DNA of 64,000 nucleotides from an uncultured Anaerolineales bacterium (GTDB lineage Bacteria; Planctomycetota; Phycisphaerae; FEN-1346): NCBI GenBank assembly GCA_964461715.1, contig CAYWVR010000002.1, positions 76,453 to 140,452 of the forward strand, read 5' to 3'. Shown piece by piece: positions 55,511 to 64,000 of this stretch (position 1 is its first letter; each line of letters starts with the position of its first letter). The notes under the pieces were generated by a model. It saw only the letters and a program-made list of their open reading frames with translations, ran no database searches and was not told where the DNA came from. The position numbers and the translations under genes were made by a program.

Positions 55511-57742
55511 CGTCGGCGTCGCGCACGGAAGTATAGCCCGAGCGGCATCCGGGCACAATGCATCGCGGCGGCGTTTGTGCTTCTCGTGGCCTGGGTGCCC
55601 GCCGTCGCCGCCGACGCCGTGCCGCCGATCGCACCGAAGCCGATCTGGAGCCGGTTCCTCGTCCTCGTCTGGCAGTACAAGACGAGCGCCCCCGAGGACC
55701 TGCCGCTCTATCGCCGGGTGGGCCTCGAGGGATTTCACATCGACTGCGGCGCAGGCAAGGCCGCCATCGTCAAGTTCGCCCGCCGCGAGGGACTGCCCTA
55801 CTACGTCGACCACGCAGCCGACAAGGGCCTCCTTCACCTGACGGACCGGACCGGCCGGTCGAAGGTCCTCCGCCGGCCCGGCCTCGTGGCCCGTCCGCAC
55901 AGCCTGGCGGACCCGAGGACGATGGACCTTCTGAAGGGGCACCTCGCGCGGAACGTGGCGGCCACGCGCGGCGGGCCGGTGGTGGCCTACGCCTTCGACG
56001 ACGAGGTGAGTCTGGGGGTCTTCACGAGCCCCGTCGAGGTCGACGCCTCGCCGCCCTCGGTGGCCGCGTACCGGCGGTGGCTCGCGGCCGAGTACGGGAC
56101 GATCGCGCACCTCAACCGCACGTGGGGGACCGACCTCGCCCGCTTCGCCGACGCCGCGCCGGTGAGTTTCGAGGACGTGCGCCGGGCCCACACGGCCCCG
56201 CCCTTCGCCCGGTGGAACCTGGCCCGCTGGATGGACTGGCGGAGCTACATGGACACGCAGTTCGCCGGGACGCTGGCGGAGCTCGTCCGGTACACGAACG
56301 GGCTGGACCCGTCGACGCCCGCGGGCATCGTGGGCAGCCAACAGCCCGCCCCGTACGGCGGCTACGATTACGCGAAGCTCGCGGGGGCACTTCAGTGGAT
56401 CGAGGCGTACGACATCGGCGGCACGTGCGAGGTCCTGCGGTCGCTCTGGGGCCGGGAGCGGCGGCCGTACGTCCAGACATGGTTCTCCAGCGGGGACGCC
56501 CGACGCGACGCCTGGTTCCTCTGGTACTACCTCCTGCACGGGAACCGGGGCGTGATCGCCTGGCCGGCCCGCGGGGACAAGGGGTGGTTCGACTGGGGCG
56601 AACCGGGGCGGCTCGCGCCGTTCCTTGTGGACCTCGCCCCGACGCTCCGCGAGGTCCAGGGACCCGTCTCGGAGGCCATCCTCGGGCCCGACGTCCGCTT
56701 CGACCCCGACCCGATCGCCCTCCTCTACAGCCACCCGTCGGTCCAGGCATCGTGGGTCATGGACGTCGTCACGCACGGCCGGACGTGGCCGAACCGATCG
56801 AGCAGCCTCGACAACAGTTGCCAATCCGCCGGGCGCAACCGCGTCGCGTGGATGAAGCTGCTGGAGGACTCAGGCTTCCAGTTCGAGATCGTGACGGCGG
56901 ACCAGGTGGCGACAGGAGAGCTGGAGCGTGGCGGCACGCGGGTGCTGATTCTCAATCGCGCGATCGCCCTCGCCGACGACGAGGCCGACGCCGTGCGGCG
57001 TTTCGTCGCGGGGGGCGGCACGGTGATCGCGGACCACCTGACGGGCGTCCTCGACGCGCGCGGCGTGGGGCGCCCGCGCGGCGTTCTGGACGACCTCTTC
57101 GGCATCCGCCGCGACGAAGGGCCCGGCTACCTCGACGGGCGGCACATCACGGAGATCGACGGCGAGAAGTACCGCGCGCCCTTCCTCGAGCGCCTCTCGT
57201 ACGACGGGGCCCTGCGACACGAGGGGATGGTCGTGTACGAGCGGGGCACCCGCGCCGCCGGCGGCCGGGCGGGGGCCCGCGCGGGAAGCGCCGACGTCGT
57301 CATTCGCCGCCGCCCGGGAGGCGGACGGGCCGTCTATCTGAACCTGACGCCCCTGGCTTACGTGGACCACGGCCTCCGCCTCTCGGAAACCGGCGAGCGA
57401 TGGCGAAAGCTCTTGACGACGCTCCTCGCCGAGAGCAGCCTCGTGCCGCGCGCAAGGGTCATCGCGGACGAAGCGTTGGTGCCCCTCGCGGAGCTCCTCT
57501 ACTGGCGACGGGGCGAGACGACGGTCCTCGGCCTCATCAAGAACGCCTCGCGCCACGCCGAGATGGACGGGGACGGGGCCGTCCACGGCATGACGGGCGA
57601 GCCGCGCGACGTCGAGATCGTCTTGGCCGAGCCCTTCACGAAGGGACGCAACCTGAGGACGGGCGAGGACCTGCCGCCCGGCCGCACGATCCGGGCGACC
57701 TGGAACCCCTGGGAAGCGCTGCTGTTTGAACTATCGCGGTAA
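55487..57742 (+). CDS. secreted glycoside-hydrolase-like protein (GH42 beta-galactosidase-like, with a trimerisation/class-I-GATase-like middle domain)
   Basis: The real gene is the tail of the 1381-aa track ORF. From an in-frame TTG at 55487 the N-terminus is (M)AHSSLRHRRRRARKYSPSGIRAQCIAAAFVLLVAWVPAVAADA, a signal peptide. …TRVLILNRAIALADDEADAVRRFVAGGGTVIADHLTG… resembles the GH42 M-domain. The start is uncertain (next candidate GTG at 55577), and the TTG start overlaps the divergent CapA-like gene by 24 nt. Confidence 0.55.
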   Translation: MAHSSLRHRRRRARKYSPSGIRAQCIAAAFVLLVAWVPAVAADAVPPIAPKPIWSRFLVLVWQYKTSAPEDLPLYRRVGLEGFHIDCGAGKAAIVKFARREGLPYYVDHAADKGLLHLTDRTGRSKVLRRPGLVARPHSLADPRTMDLLKGHLARNVAATRGGPVVAYAFDDEVSLGVFTSPVEVDASPPSVAAYRRWLAAEYGTIAHLNRTWGTDLARFADAAPVSFEDVRRAHTAPPFARWNLARWMDWRSYMDTQFAGTLAELVRYTNGLDPSTPAGIVGSQQPAPYGGYDYAKLAGALQWIEAYDIGGTCEVLRSLWGRERRPYVQTWFSSGDARRDAWFLWYYLLHGNRGVIAWPARGDKGWFDWGEPGRLAPFLVDLAPTLREVQGPVSEAILGPDVRFDPDPIALLYSHPSVQASWVMDVVTHGRTWPNRSSSLDNSCQSAGRNRVAWMKLLEDSGFQFEIVTADQVATGELERGGTRVLILNRAIALADDEADAVRRFVAGGGTVIADHLTGVLDARGVGRPRGVLDDLFGIRRDEGPGYLDGRHITEIDGEKYRAPFLERLSYDGALRHEGMVVYERGTRAAGGRAGARAGSADVVIRRRPGGGRAVYLNLTPLAYVDHGLRLSETGERWRKLLTTLLAESSLVPRARVIADEALVPLAELLYWRRGETTVLGLIKNASRHAEMDGDGAVHGMTGEPRDVEIVLAEPFTKGRNLRTGEDLPPGRTIRATWNPWEALLFELSR

Positions 57743-57872
57743 TGGATGCGGACCGGTCGGGTTTGACTTAAGCCCGGAAATAGACGATATTTACAGGGGC
57801 CCTCCGGAGGGGGGACCTTGTCCGTGAACACCCCCGCCACCGCTGCACGGCGAGGGGCAACAGTGAGGCACG

Positions 57873-59549
57873 ATGGCCAAGGACGCATCCAACGCGAGGC
57901 GGTACTGGAGATCGGTCGCGGTATGGGCCGCCATCACCCTCGGCCTGGTCGCCGTCTACGCCAATCCGTTCGTCCAGTCGAACACGTTCCACGTGATGGG
58001 GCAGCGGTGGTTCCCGGCGTGGCGGCGGGCCGAGCTCGGCCTCTATGACAAGATCATGGAGGGCCAGAGCTACTACACCCACGCCCCCCTCGTGCCGCTG
58101 GTCAGCCTGGTGATCGCGGTGCTGCTGGTGCGGCACACGCAGGTGCCGGTGCGTCCGCGGCGGGGGCTGGGACTGGCCGTCTTGGCGGGCAGTCTGGGCA
58201 TCCACCTGGCGGCATCCTTTGCGCGGATCACCTTCGCGAGCGGGTACTCGTTGCTGGGAGTGCTGGCCGGGCTGGTTCTGTTCTTCTGGGGCTGGGGGGC
58301 GCTTCGGCGGCTGTGGTTCCCGTGGGCGCTCCTCTTTTTCATGGTCCCGCTGCCGGAGGTTTCGATCGGCGAGATCAACTTCCGGCTGAAAATGGTTGCG
58401 GCCGAGTGGGGCGTCGGCCTCGCCAACCTGCTGGGCATCGTCGCCGAGCGGATGGGCAACCAGGTTTTCCTCGCCGACGGGAAGTCGCTGGTCATCGCCA
58501 ACGTCTGCAACGGCCTCCGGACCCTGATCAGCCTGCTCGCCTTCGGGGCGATCTACGCCTACGTCTGCAAGCTGCGGGGCGGGTGGCGCCTGGGCCTGTT
58601 TGCCCTGAGCGTGCCCGTGGCGCTCATCTCGAACACGATCCGCGTCGGAAGCCTCGTGGGGGTGGCGGACGTCTGGGACACGGCGACGGCCACGGGCTGG
58701 TACCACGACGTTTCCGGCCTCCTGATCTACGCCGTGGCCTTCGGGTTCATGTTCTCGCTGGAGAAGCTCATCCTGTGGGGACGGGCCGCCGTCGGCCGAC
58801 CGGCCAACATCCGCCCCCTCTTCGGCGACGCCCCCCGCGAAGACGAGGGCGACGGCCAGTGGGACCGCTTGACCGAAGCGCTGGGGGGCGGCCGGGGCGT
58901 GACCTGTGCGGCGATCCTCGTCGGGGTCGGCGCGGCTACCTGGTGGCTCAGTCTGACCGATCCGCCCCGGTGGGACCAGGAGACCGTCCAGAACGCCTTG
59001 CCCGAGGAGCTCGAGTTCGGCGGCCGCCGGTGGCGGGGCTACGAGCTTCCTCTGGACGAAGCCACGCTCACCATCCTGGAGTGGCCGGACTACCTTCAGC
59101 GACACTACGTGGCCGTGGATGGCCAGAACGAAGACGTGAGCTTCTGCGTCATCTTCAGCAAGGACAACCGCTTGGGCATTCACCCGCCCGACATGTGTAT
59201 CGAGGGCAGCGGACAGGAGATCAGCCACAAGGGGGACGTGGTGCTCCGGGACGTGCCCGGCCACCCGGAGCTCCAGCTCCGGGAGCTGGTCGTGCACTCC
59301 GGACCCCACCGCATCTATTTCCTCTACTGCTACCGTTGCGGCGACCGGTATACGACCAGCTTCTATGTTCAGCAGCTCCAGGTCGTCGTCAACGGGCTGC
59401 TGCATCGGGACGCGGGCGGGGCCCTGGTCCGCGTCACCACGGAGATCGGCGACGACCTGAACGGCGCCCGTCGGCGGGCCGCCCAGCTCATGGCCGTCGC
59501 CATTCCGCATCTGGACCGTGCGCTTGACTCAGCCGGAGGTGGATCATGA
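57873..59549 (+). CDS. exosortase (EpsH/XrtA-type) fused to a C-terminal EpsI-family domain
   Basis: Eight-TM exosortase core with the conserved signatures …WFPWALLFFMVPLP… and …NGLRTLISLLAFGAIYA…ISNTIRVGSLV… (catalytic Cys, Arg and Asn context). The C-terminal ~200 aa (…ILEWPDYLQRHYV…FCVIFSKDNRLGIHPPDMCIEGSG…) is EpsI-like. Confidence 0.8.
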   Translation: MAKDASNARRYWRSVAVWAAITLGLVAVYANPFVQSNTFHVMGQRWFPAWRRAELGLYDKIMEGQSYYTHAPLVPLVSLVIAVLLVRHTQVPVRPRRGLGLAVLAGSLGIHLAASFARITFASGYSLLGVLAGLVLFFWGWGALRRLWFPWALLFFMVPLPEVSIGEINFRLKMVAAEWGVGLANLLGIVAERMGNQVFLADGKSLVIANVCNGLRTLISLLAFGAIYAYVCKLRGGWRLGLFALSVPVALISNTIRVGSLVGVADVWDTATATGWYHDVSGLLIYAVAFGFMFSLEKLILWGRAAVGRPANIRPLFGDAPREDEGDGQWDRLTEALGGGRGVTCAAILVGVGAATWWLSLTDPPRWDQETVQNALPEELEFGGRRWRGYELPLDEATLTILEWPDYLQRHYVAVDGQNEDVSFCVIFSKDNRLGIHPPDMCIEGSGQEISHKGDVVLRDVPGHPELQLRELVVHSGPHRIYFLYCYRCGDRYTTSFYVQQLQVVVNGLLHRDAGGALVRVTTEIGDDLNGARRRAAQLMAVAIPHLDRALDSAGGGS

Positions 59550-62500
59550 TTCGACGCATCGTTCTCATCCTCTTCATCGCGGGCCTCGTAACGGGCGCCG
59601 CCGTGGGCTTGTGGGTCTTCTTGCGGCCCGACAGCCCGGCCAAAATGATCGCCCGCGCCGACGTGGCCCTCCGGGCCAAGAACTACGACCGCGCGATCGA
59701 GCTGGCCCGCGCCTACCGTGAACTTGAACCGGACAACTGGCGCAGCTACTACGTCGAGGGGCGATCCCAACTCCGCCTGAAACGGATCGAGGAGGCCCGG
59801 GCCGTGCTCAAGGAGGGCTTGGCGCGGCACCCGGACAGCCAGCCGCTGACCATCGCCCTGGCCGACAGCCACATCCAGCCCGCCGAACGCATCCTGGCGA
59901 GCGGGGCCGCCGGCGCCGACGCCGACGCCATCGAGACCGCCATCGAGAATCTCCGCGAAGCCATCCGGACACTCGCCGAGTTCGAGGCCGACGATCCCAA
60001 GGGGGAGCTCGACGTGCGGCAGTCGCTGGCCCTCCGTACCCTCGGCCTGGGCCAGGCCCAGCGGCTTCTGGCCGCCCGCCGCCGGCAGGATGCCGCCGTG
60101 GCCGCCGGCGCCGGCGCCGAGGCCGAGCGCGTCGAGCACAGCCGCCGGGCCGAGGAGGCCGACCGCCGGGCCGAGGAGACCCTCGACCGCGCCGCCCGCC
60201 TCCTCCTGGCGGTCGCCTGCGAGGATCCCGGGCGCGAGCCCGTCGTCGATCCGCTCATCCGCCTCGCCCGAGAGCGGAACGACGACGACGCCATCGGACA
60301 ACTGAGCCAGGCCATGGAGGACACCGAGAACGCCCCGCCCCTGGCCCGGACGCTGGTCGTCATGTACGCCCTCAGCAAGATCGAGACGCCCTCGGAAGCC
60401 GAGTACGCCCGGACCGCCGAGGCCCTGGACGGGATCCTCCAGAACCATCCCGACGCCACCGAGGCCCTCCTGGCCCGGGCGGAGGTGGCGCTGGGCCTGG
60501 CCGACTACGACACGCTCGAAGCGTGCGTCCGGAAGGCCCTCGACGGGGAGGGGGTCGCGGTCGAGGACCAGGGCCGGGCCCGCATGATTCGCGCCCGGGG
60601 CCTCGTCCGGCAACGCAAGTGGGCCGAGGCCGAGCAGGTCCTCTATGCCCTGAAGATGGACTTCCCCCGCTGGGCCGAGCCCTTCTACCTGTATGCCCTG
60701 ACCACCCACAAAACCGGCAAGAAGGAACTGGCCCGCGAGGCCATGCGCACGATCATCGCCACCATCGACAAGGACCACCTCGACGCCCATCGCTTCCTGG
60801 CCGAGACATTCCTTGAGGAGGAACGGTACGAGCAGGCCCTCGAGCATGCCCGGCGATGCTACGACCTGCGCCCGGACACACCCTCATCGCTCCGCTTGAT
60901 CGTGCAGGCGGCGATCGGGAACAAACAGCCCGAGCTGGCCCGCGATCTCCTGGACGAGGCAATGAAGCGCGAGCCCCCCGACCCCGGCATCCTCGTCGAG
61001 GTCAGCCGGGGCTACGCCCGCCTGGGACGGAATGAGCAGGCCCGCACGGCCGCCGAAAAGGCCGCCGAGGTCGAGGCCGGCTCCGAGACGGCCATCCAGG
61101 TGGCCCGAGCCCGCATGCTGCTCGGCGAGGCCGAGGAAGCGGAACGCATCCTCGAGGCCGAGACCGACCGTCGACCGGACAGCATCGAGCTCCAGACGGC
61201 CCTCGGCGAGTTCTACGTCCGGACCGGCCGCACCGCCCGCGCCACCGAGCATTACCGTCGGGCGGCCGAGCTCGCGCCCGATAGCGCCCCGGTCCACCTG
61301 GCGCTGGCCCGGGCCCTCCTGAACACGGGCCTCGTGGAGGAGGCCGAGGCCGAGACGAGGCACGTGCTCAACCTGGACCCCGGAAACGCCGACGCAGCCT
61401 TGCTCCTCAGCCAAATCCGGGCGGTGCGCGGCGAGATCAGCATCGAGCAGATGGTCCAGCAGTTCCTCGACGAGGGCCGCCCCGGCCTGCCGCTCGCCAT
61501 GACCCACCTCAAGCGCGGCGCGCCCGAGAAGTGCATCAACATCTGTCTGGCGGAACTCGAGCAGACGCCCGACAACGCGGACGCCCGGGCCCTGCTGGCC
61601 CTGGCCTACCAGGCGATGGGCGAGCATCAGAAATGCAAGGAGCAGCTTCGGGAAGCCGTGCGGCGGGCCCCCGACCAGTTCCTGGCTTACCTTCGGCTGG
61701 CGGCGGTGCTCGCGCGAACGATGGCCCCCGAGACCGTGGAGATCGAGCTCGGGGCCGTCCCGGGCGCCCGCCGCGACCTCGTGGACCTGGCGCTGGGATG
61801 GCTCCTGGGACGGATCGGCCAGCCGCGGGGCGCCGCGGAAGCCTACGGCCGTCTGGCCAGCCGGCCCGACGCCCCCGAGGAAAGCCGCAACCGGGCCCGC
61901 CTCCTTCGGGCCCGGGCCCTGGTCGCCGCCGGCCATCCGGACCGCGCGCTGATCGAGCTCGACCAGTTGGCGACCGACGACGACTGGCGACGGATCGCCC
62001 AGATTCAGAAAGTCACCCTCCTGGCGTCGCTCGAGCACGTCGACGAGGCCGACCAGATCCTCGGGGCGCTCGTGGACGAGGCCCTCGAAACCCGACGCAC
62101 CTCGTTCCTCCAGCAGGCCGTGCAGCTCTACGCACGCATGGGACGCACCGCCCGGGCGTTGACCCTATGCACGCGTCTGGAGGCCCTCGACCCGAAGGAC
62201 CCCACCCCCCATCTGCTCCGGGCCGCGGTGCTCGTCAGCGACGGGCGAGGCGGCAAGGCCGTCGAGTCCTACCACAAGGCCATCGAGCTCCATCCGTCCA
62301 ACTTCAGTACCCACATCCTTCTGGCCCGGACCCTCGACGCCGAGGATCGGCCGAGCGACGCCCTCCAGGCCCTCGACCGCCTGGCCGACATGGGCCAGAC
62401 CGGCCACGCCCTGGCCGCCATCGAGCGCGGTCGCATGATGGCCGGGTGGGGGCTGCCCGCCCGGGCCATCGAGGCCTTCACGGTGCTGGAAAACTCCCCG

Positions 62501-64000
62501 TTGGCGGGCGATCCGCGCATCACCCTGGCCGTCGGCCGCGCCTACGCCGCCCTCGGAGAAAACGAACGGGCCGCCGAAGTCCTGACGCGCGTGCCGACCT
62601 ACGTGCCGCAGCACCTGCCCGCCCAACAGGTCCTGGCCCAGGTCCAGCCGACCGCCGAAGCCAAGGCGGCGGTGCTGGCCGAGCTGGCCGAAGACCATTC
62701 TGCCAACCCGACCGTGGTCGACCAGTGGATGGCAGCGCTCGTCGAGGCCGGCCGCCCGCAGGAGGCCCTGAAAGCGTACCGCGATTTCTTCGCCGACCGA
62801 CCCGTCGCCCGTGTACCCCCCGGCCTGTCGGTGCAGGCCATTCGCATCCACCTGGGGGCGGACGACCGGGCCGGGGCGGCGGACCTCTGCGCGCAGCTCT
62901 CGCAAGCAACCGAGAACCGGGCGCCGCTTTGGCGCTTCCTGGCCGCCATCCTCGCCCCGGCGGATCAGGCCGACGCGGCGCTGGCCCGTCTCCCGGAGGA
63001 CGACACCATGACCCCGCGCGACGTCTTTGCGGCCCTGGCCCTGGCGCCGCATCCGGCGCCGTCGGCCGCCGGGTGGCACACCCGGCTGCAGGCGTTCGTG
63101 ACGCGCCTGGCCGACGCCGACCCGCCGCAGGAGTTGCCCCTCGCGTACCTCTTCCTGGCGCATCTGGCGGCTGGCGACGTCGCCGCCGCCCAGGCCACCC
63201 TCGAGGGCTTCGCGCCGGAGGGGTTCATCGGGCGGGAAGCCGTGGTGGAGATGGTGGACGCCGCCGAGAACGATCCGAAGGCAGCGGCGGCGGAAGCCGC
63301 GGAGCTGCTCCGGGCCACGCTGGCCGGCGAGCTGGGCCTGCCGGAGTTCGGCCGGGAGGTGGCCCTGGAGGTCCTGAGGGCCCGCCCGACCTGCCAGTGG
63401 GCGGGCGGACTGGCGGCCCCTGCGCCCGGCGGCGACCCGGAAGGCCTCCGCCGCGTCCTCGAGATCATTCAGCCGTCCGACGGACTGGTGGCCCTGATGG
63501 TCCGGGCCTCGCTCCACATGAGCGAGCGGGAACTCGACGAGGCCGCCGAGGTCCTGAAGCAGGCCGCCGAGATCGAACACGACGTCCCCGCCCTGGTCGC
63601 GCTGCGCGCCATCGTCCTGGAAAAGGCCGGCCGCCTGACCGAGGCCCTGCCCCTGCACGTGCGCTTGTGGGAGGCGACGAAGAACCCCGCCTCGGCCAAC
63701 AACGCCGCCTACCTCGTCAGCCGCCTCCACAGCGACGATCCCTTAATGCTGGCCAAGGCCCGGGAGTGGGCCGAGGCCGCCGTCAAGGCCACGCCGCAAG
63801 CCGCAGCCTTCCGCGATACCCTCGGATGGATCGCCCATCTCCAGGGCCACCGCGAGACGGCCCGCCACGAGCTCCGGCAGGCGGTGCGCCGGATGCCCGG
63901 CTCCGTCGAGGTCCACTATCACCTCGGGATGGCCGAGGCGGCGGCGGGATTCGAGCAGTTCGCCCGGTGGCACCTGGCCCGCGCCGACGACATCGCACGC
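59546..64000 (+). CDS. very large TPR-repeat protein (PrsT-like PEP-CTERM-system TPR protein), 5' partial in window (>1480 aa, runs off the end)
   Basis: ATG overlaps the exosortase stop (ATGA). N-terminal TM or signal sequence MIRRIVLILFIAGLVTGAAVGLWVF. The frame stays open to position 64000. Sampled translations are Ala/Leu/Arg/Glu-rich helical TPR-type repeats (…LEHARRCYDLRPDTPSSLRLIVQAAIGN…; …HYHLGMAEAAAGFEQFARWHLARADD…). Confidence 0.75.
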   Translation, partial: MIRRIVLILFIAGLVTGAAVGLWVFLRPDSPAKMIARADVALRAKNYDRAIELARAYRELEPDNWRSYYVEGRSQLRLKRIEEARAVLKEGLARHPDSQPLTIALADSHIQPAERILASGAAGADADAIETAIENLREAIRTLAEFEADDPKGELDVRQSLALRTLGLGQAQRLLAARRRQDAAVAAGAGAEAERVEHSRRAEEADRRAEETLDRAARLLLAVACEDPGREPVVDPLIRLARERNDDDAIGQLSQAMEDTENAPPLARTLVVMYALSKIETPSEAEYARTAEALDGILQNHPDATEALLARAEVALGLADYDTLEACVRKALDGEGVAVEDQGRARMIRARGLVRQRKWAEAEQVLYALKMDFPRWAEPFYLYALTTHKTGKKELAREAMRTIIATIDKDHLDAHRFLAETFLEEERYEQALEHARRCYDLRPDTPSSLRLIVQAAIGNKQPELARDLLDEAMKREPPDPGILVEVSRGYARLGRNEQARTAAEKAAEVEAGSETAIQVARARMLLGEAEEAERILEAETDRRPDSIELQTALGEFYVRTGRTARATEHYRRAAELAPDSAPVHLALARALLNTGLVEEAEAETRHVLNLDPGNADAALLLSQIRAVRGEISIEQMVQQFLDEGRPGLPLAMTHLKRGAPEKCINICLAELEQTPDNADARALLALAYQAMGEHQKCKEQLREAVRRAPDQFLAYLRLAAVLARTMAPETVEIELGAVPGARRDLVDLALGWLLGRIGQPRGAAEAYGRLASRPDAPEESRNRARLLRARALVAAGHPDRALIELDQLATDDDWRRIAQIQKVTLLASLEHVDEADQILGALVDEALETRRTSFLQQAVQLYARMGRTARALTLCTRLEALDPKDPTPHLLRAAVLVSDGRGGKAVESYHKAIELHPSNFSTHILLARTLDAEDRPSDALQALDRLADMGQTGHALAAIERGRMMAGWGLPARAIEAFTVLENSPLAGDPRITLAVGRAYAALGENERAAEVLTRVPTYVPQHLPAQQVLAQVQPTAEAKAAVLAELAEDHSANPTVVDQWMAALVEAGRPQEALKAYRDFFADRPVARVPPGLSVQAIRIHLGADDRAGAADLCAQLSQATENRAPLWRFLAAILAPADQADAALARLPEDDTMTPRDVFAALALAPHPAPSAAGWHTRLQAFVTRLADADPPQELPLAYLFLAHLAAGDVAAAQATLEGFAPEGFIGREAVVEMVDAAENDPKAAAAEAAELLRATLAGELGLPEFGREVALEVLRARPTCQWAGGLAAPAPGGDPEGLRRVLEIIQPSDGLVALMVRASLHMSERELDEAAEVLKQAAEIEHDVPALVALRAIVLEKAGRLTEALPLHVRLWEATKNPASANNAAYLVSRLHSDDPLMLAKAREWAEAAVKATPQAAAFRDTLGWIAHLQGHRETARHELRQAVRRMPGSVEVHYHLGMAEAAAGFEQFARWHLARADDIAR

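Noticed and set aside
55511-56824. Upstream 438 aa of the 811-aa minus-strand ORF 54389-56824
   Set aside because: Only the C-terminal 373 aa (from MSERRVSQ…) form the CapA/PGA_cap domain. The upstream part is antisense to the GH42-like gene and low-complexity.
55558-57729. 723-aa plus-strand ORF beginning MHRGGVCASRGLGARRRRRRR
   Set aside because: Wrong reading frame of the GH42-like gene. The adjacent frame (the tail of the 1381-aa track ORF) encodes a signal peptide and a recognisable glycoside-hydrolase-like body, whereas this frame is poly-Arg/Pro/Gly.
59369-63998. Series of minus-strand ORFs (59369-60847, 60884-62038, 62165-63730, 63743-63998)
   Set aside because: All are antisense to the single open plus-strand TPR-protein frame that is preceded by an ATGA-coupled start and a TM helix. 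Translations are low-complexity Gly/Arg/Pro.
1-64000. CRISPR arrays, integrases, transposases, prophage genes
   Set aside because: I found no short regularly spaced direct repeats and no recombinase- or transposase-like ORFs anywhere in the window. The tRNA inside the EPS island is not flanked by an integrase.

Overview
The window is high-GC (~68-70%) bacterial chromosomal DNA. Many long antisense or wrong-frame ORFs in the six-frame track are compositional artefacts, and the track shows GTG/TTG starts as M. I called genes by protein-level recognition and refined starts by residue index. The first ~19 kb is a mixed neighbourhood. It holds two secreted hypothetical proteins, a STAS anti-sigma antagonist, and a stand-alone EF-G gene (fusA) with a near-consensus sigma70 promoter. 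It also holds a 731-aa protein whose C-terminus is a complete GreA/GreB factor behind a ~550-aa acidic extension, plus a GT2 glycosyltransferase, an outer-membrane beta-barrel and a hybrid histidine kinase. Next comes a plus-strand block of Amidohydrolase_2, a PaaK/CapK-like adenylate-forming enzyme and a ThiF-family E1-like enzyme. It converges on three tandem minus-strand paralogues of a FeeM/LuxI-like GNAT N-acyltransferase, of which the middle copy is an internally deleted mini-version. From ~19.3 kb to the window end there is a large, essentially complete PEP-CTERM/exosortase-type exopolysaccharide island. It contains three tandem PEP-CTERM substrate proteins, one with a C39-like cysteine-peptidase domain, and a short polyprenyl-phosphate sugar transferase. 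It also has a Wza-like export lipoprotein, a chain-length determinant, an ExeA-like ATPase, a BY-tyrosine kinase and a FemAB-like protein. A tRNA-like gene with structural anomalies sits inside the island. Further genes are many GT4 glycosyltransferases (two tandem copies share a ~515-bp near-identical 5' segment; another is fused to an Alg14-like domain and followed by an Alg13-like partner), two paralogous AsnB-like PP-loop proteins lacking the glutaminase cysteine, and Wzx and Wzy. There are two more CapK-like adenylating enzymes, an ATP-grasp enzyme, a polysaccharide deacetylase, a CapA-like protein and a secreted GH42-like protein. The island ends with an exosortase fused to an EpsI domain and a >1480-aa PrsT-like TPR protein that runs off the window end. 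Two unusually long low-GC intergenic regions (17.38-18.35 kb and 23.04-24.09 kb) hold candidate regulatory or sRNA elements, including a perfect 12-bp-arm hairpin followed by a T tract.
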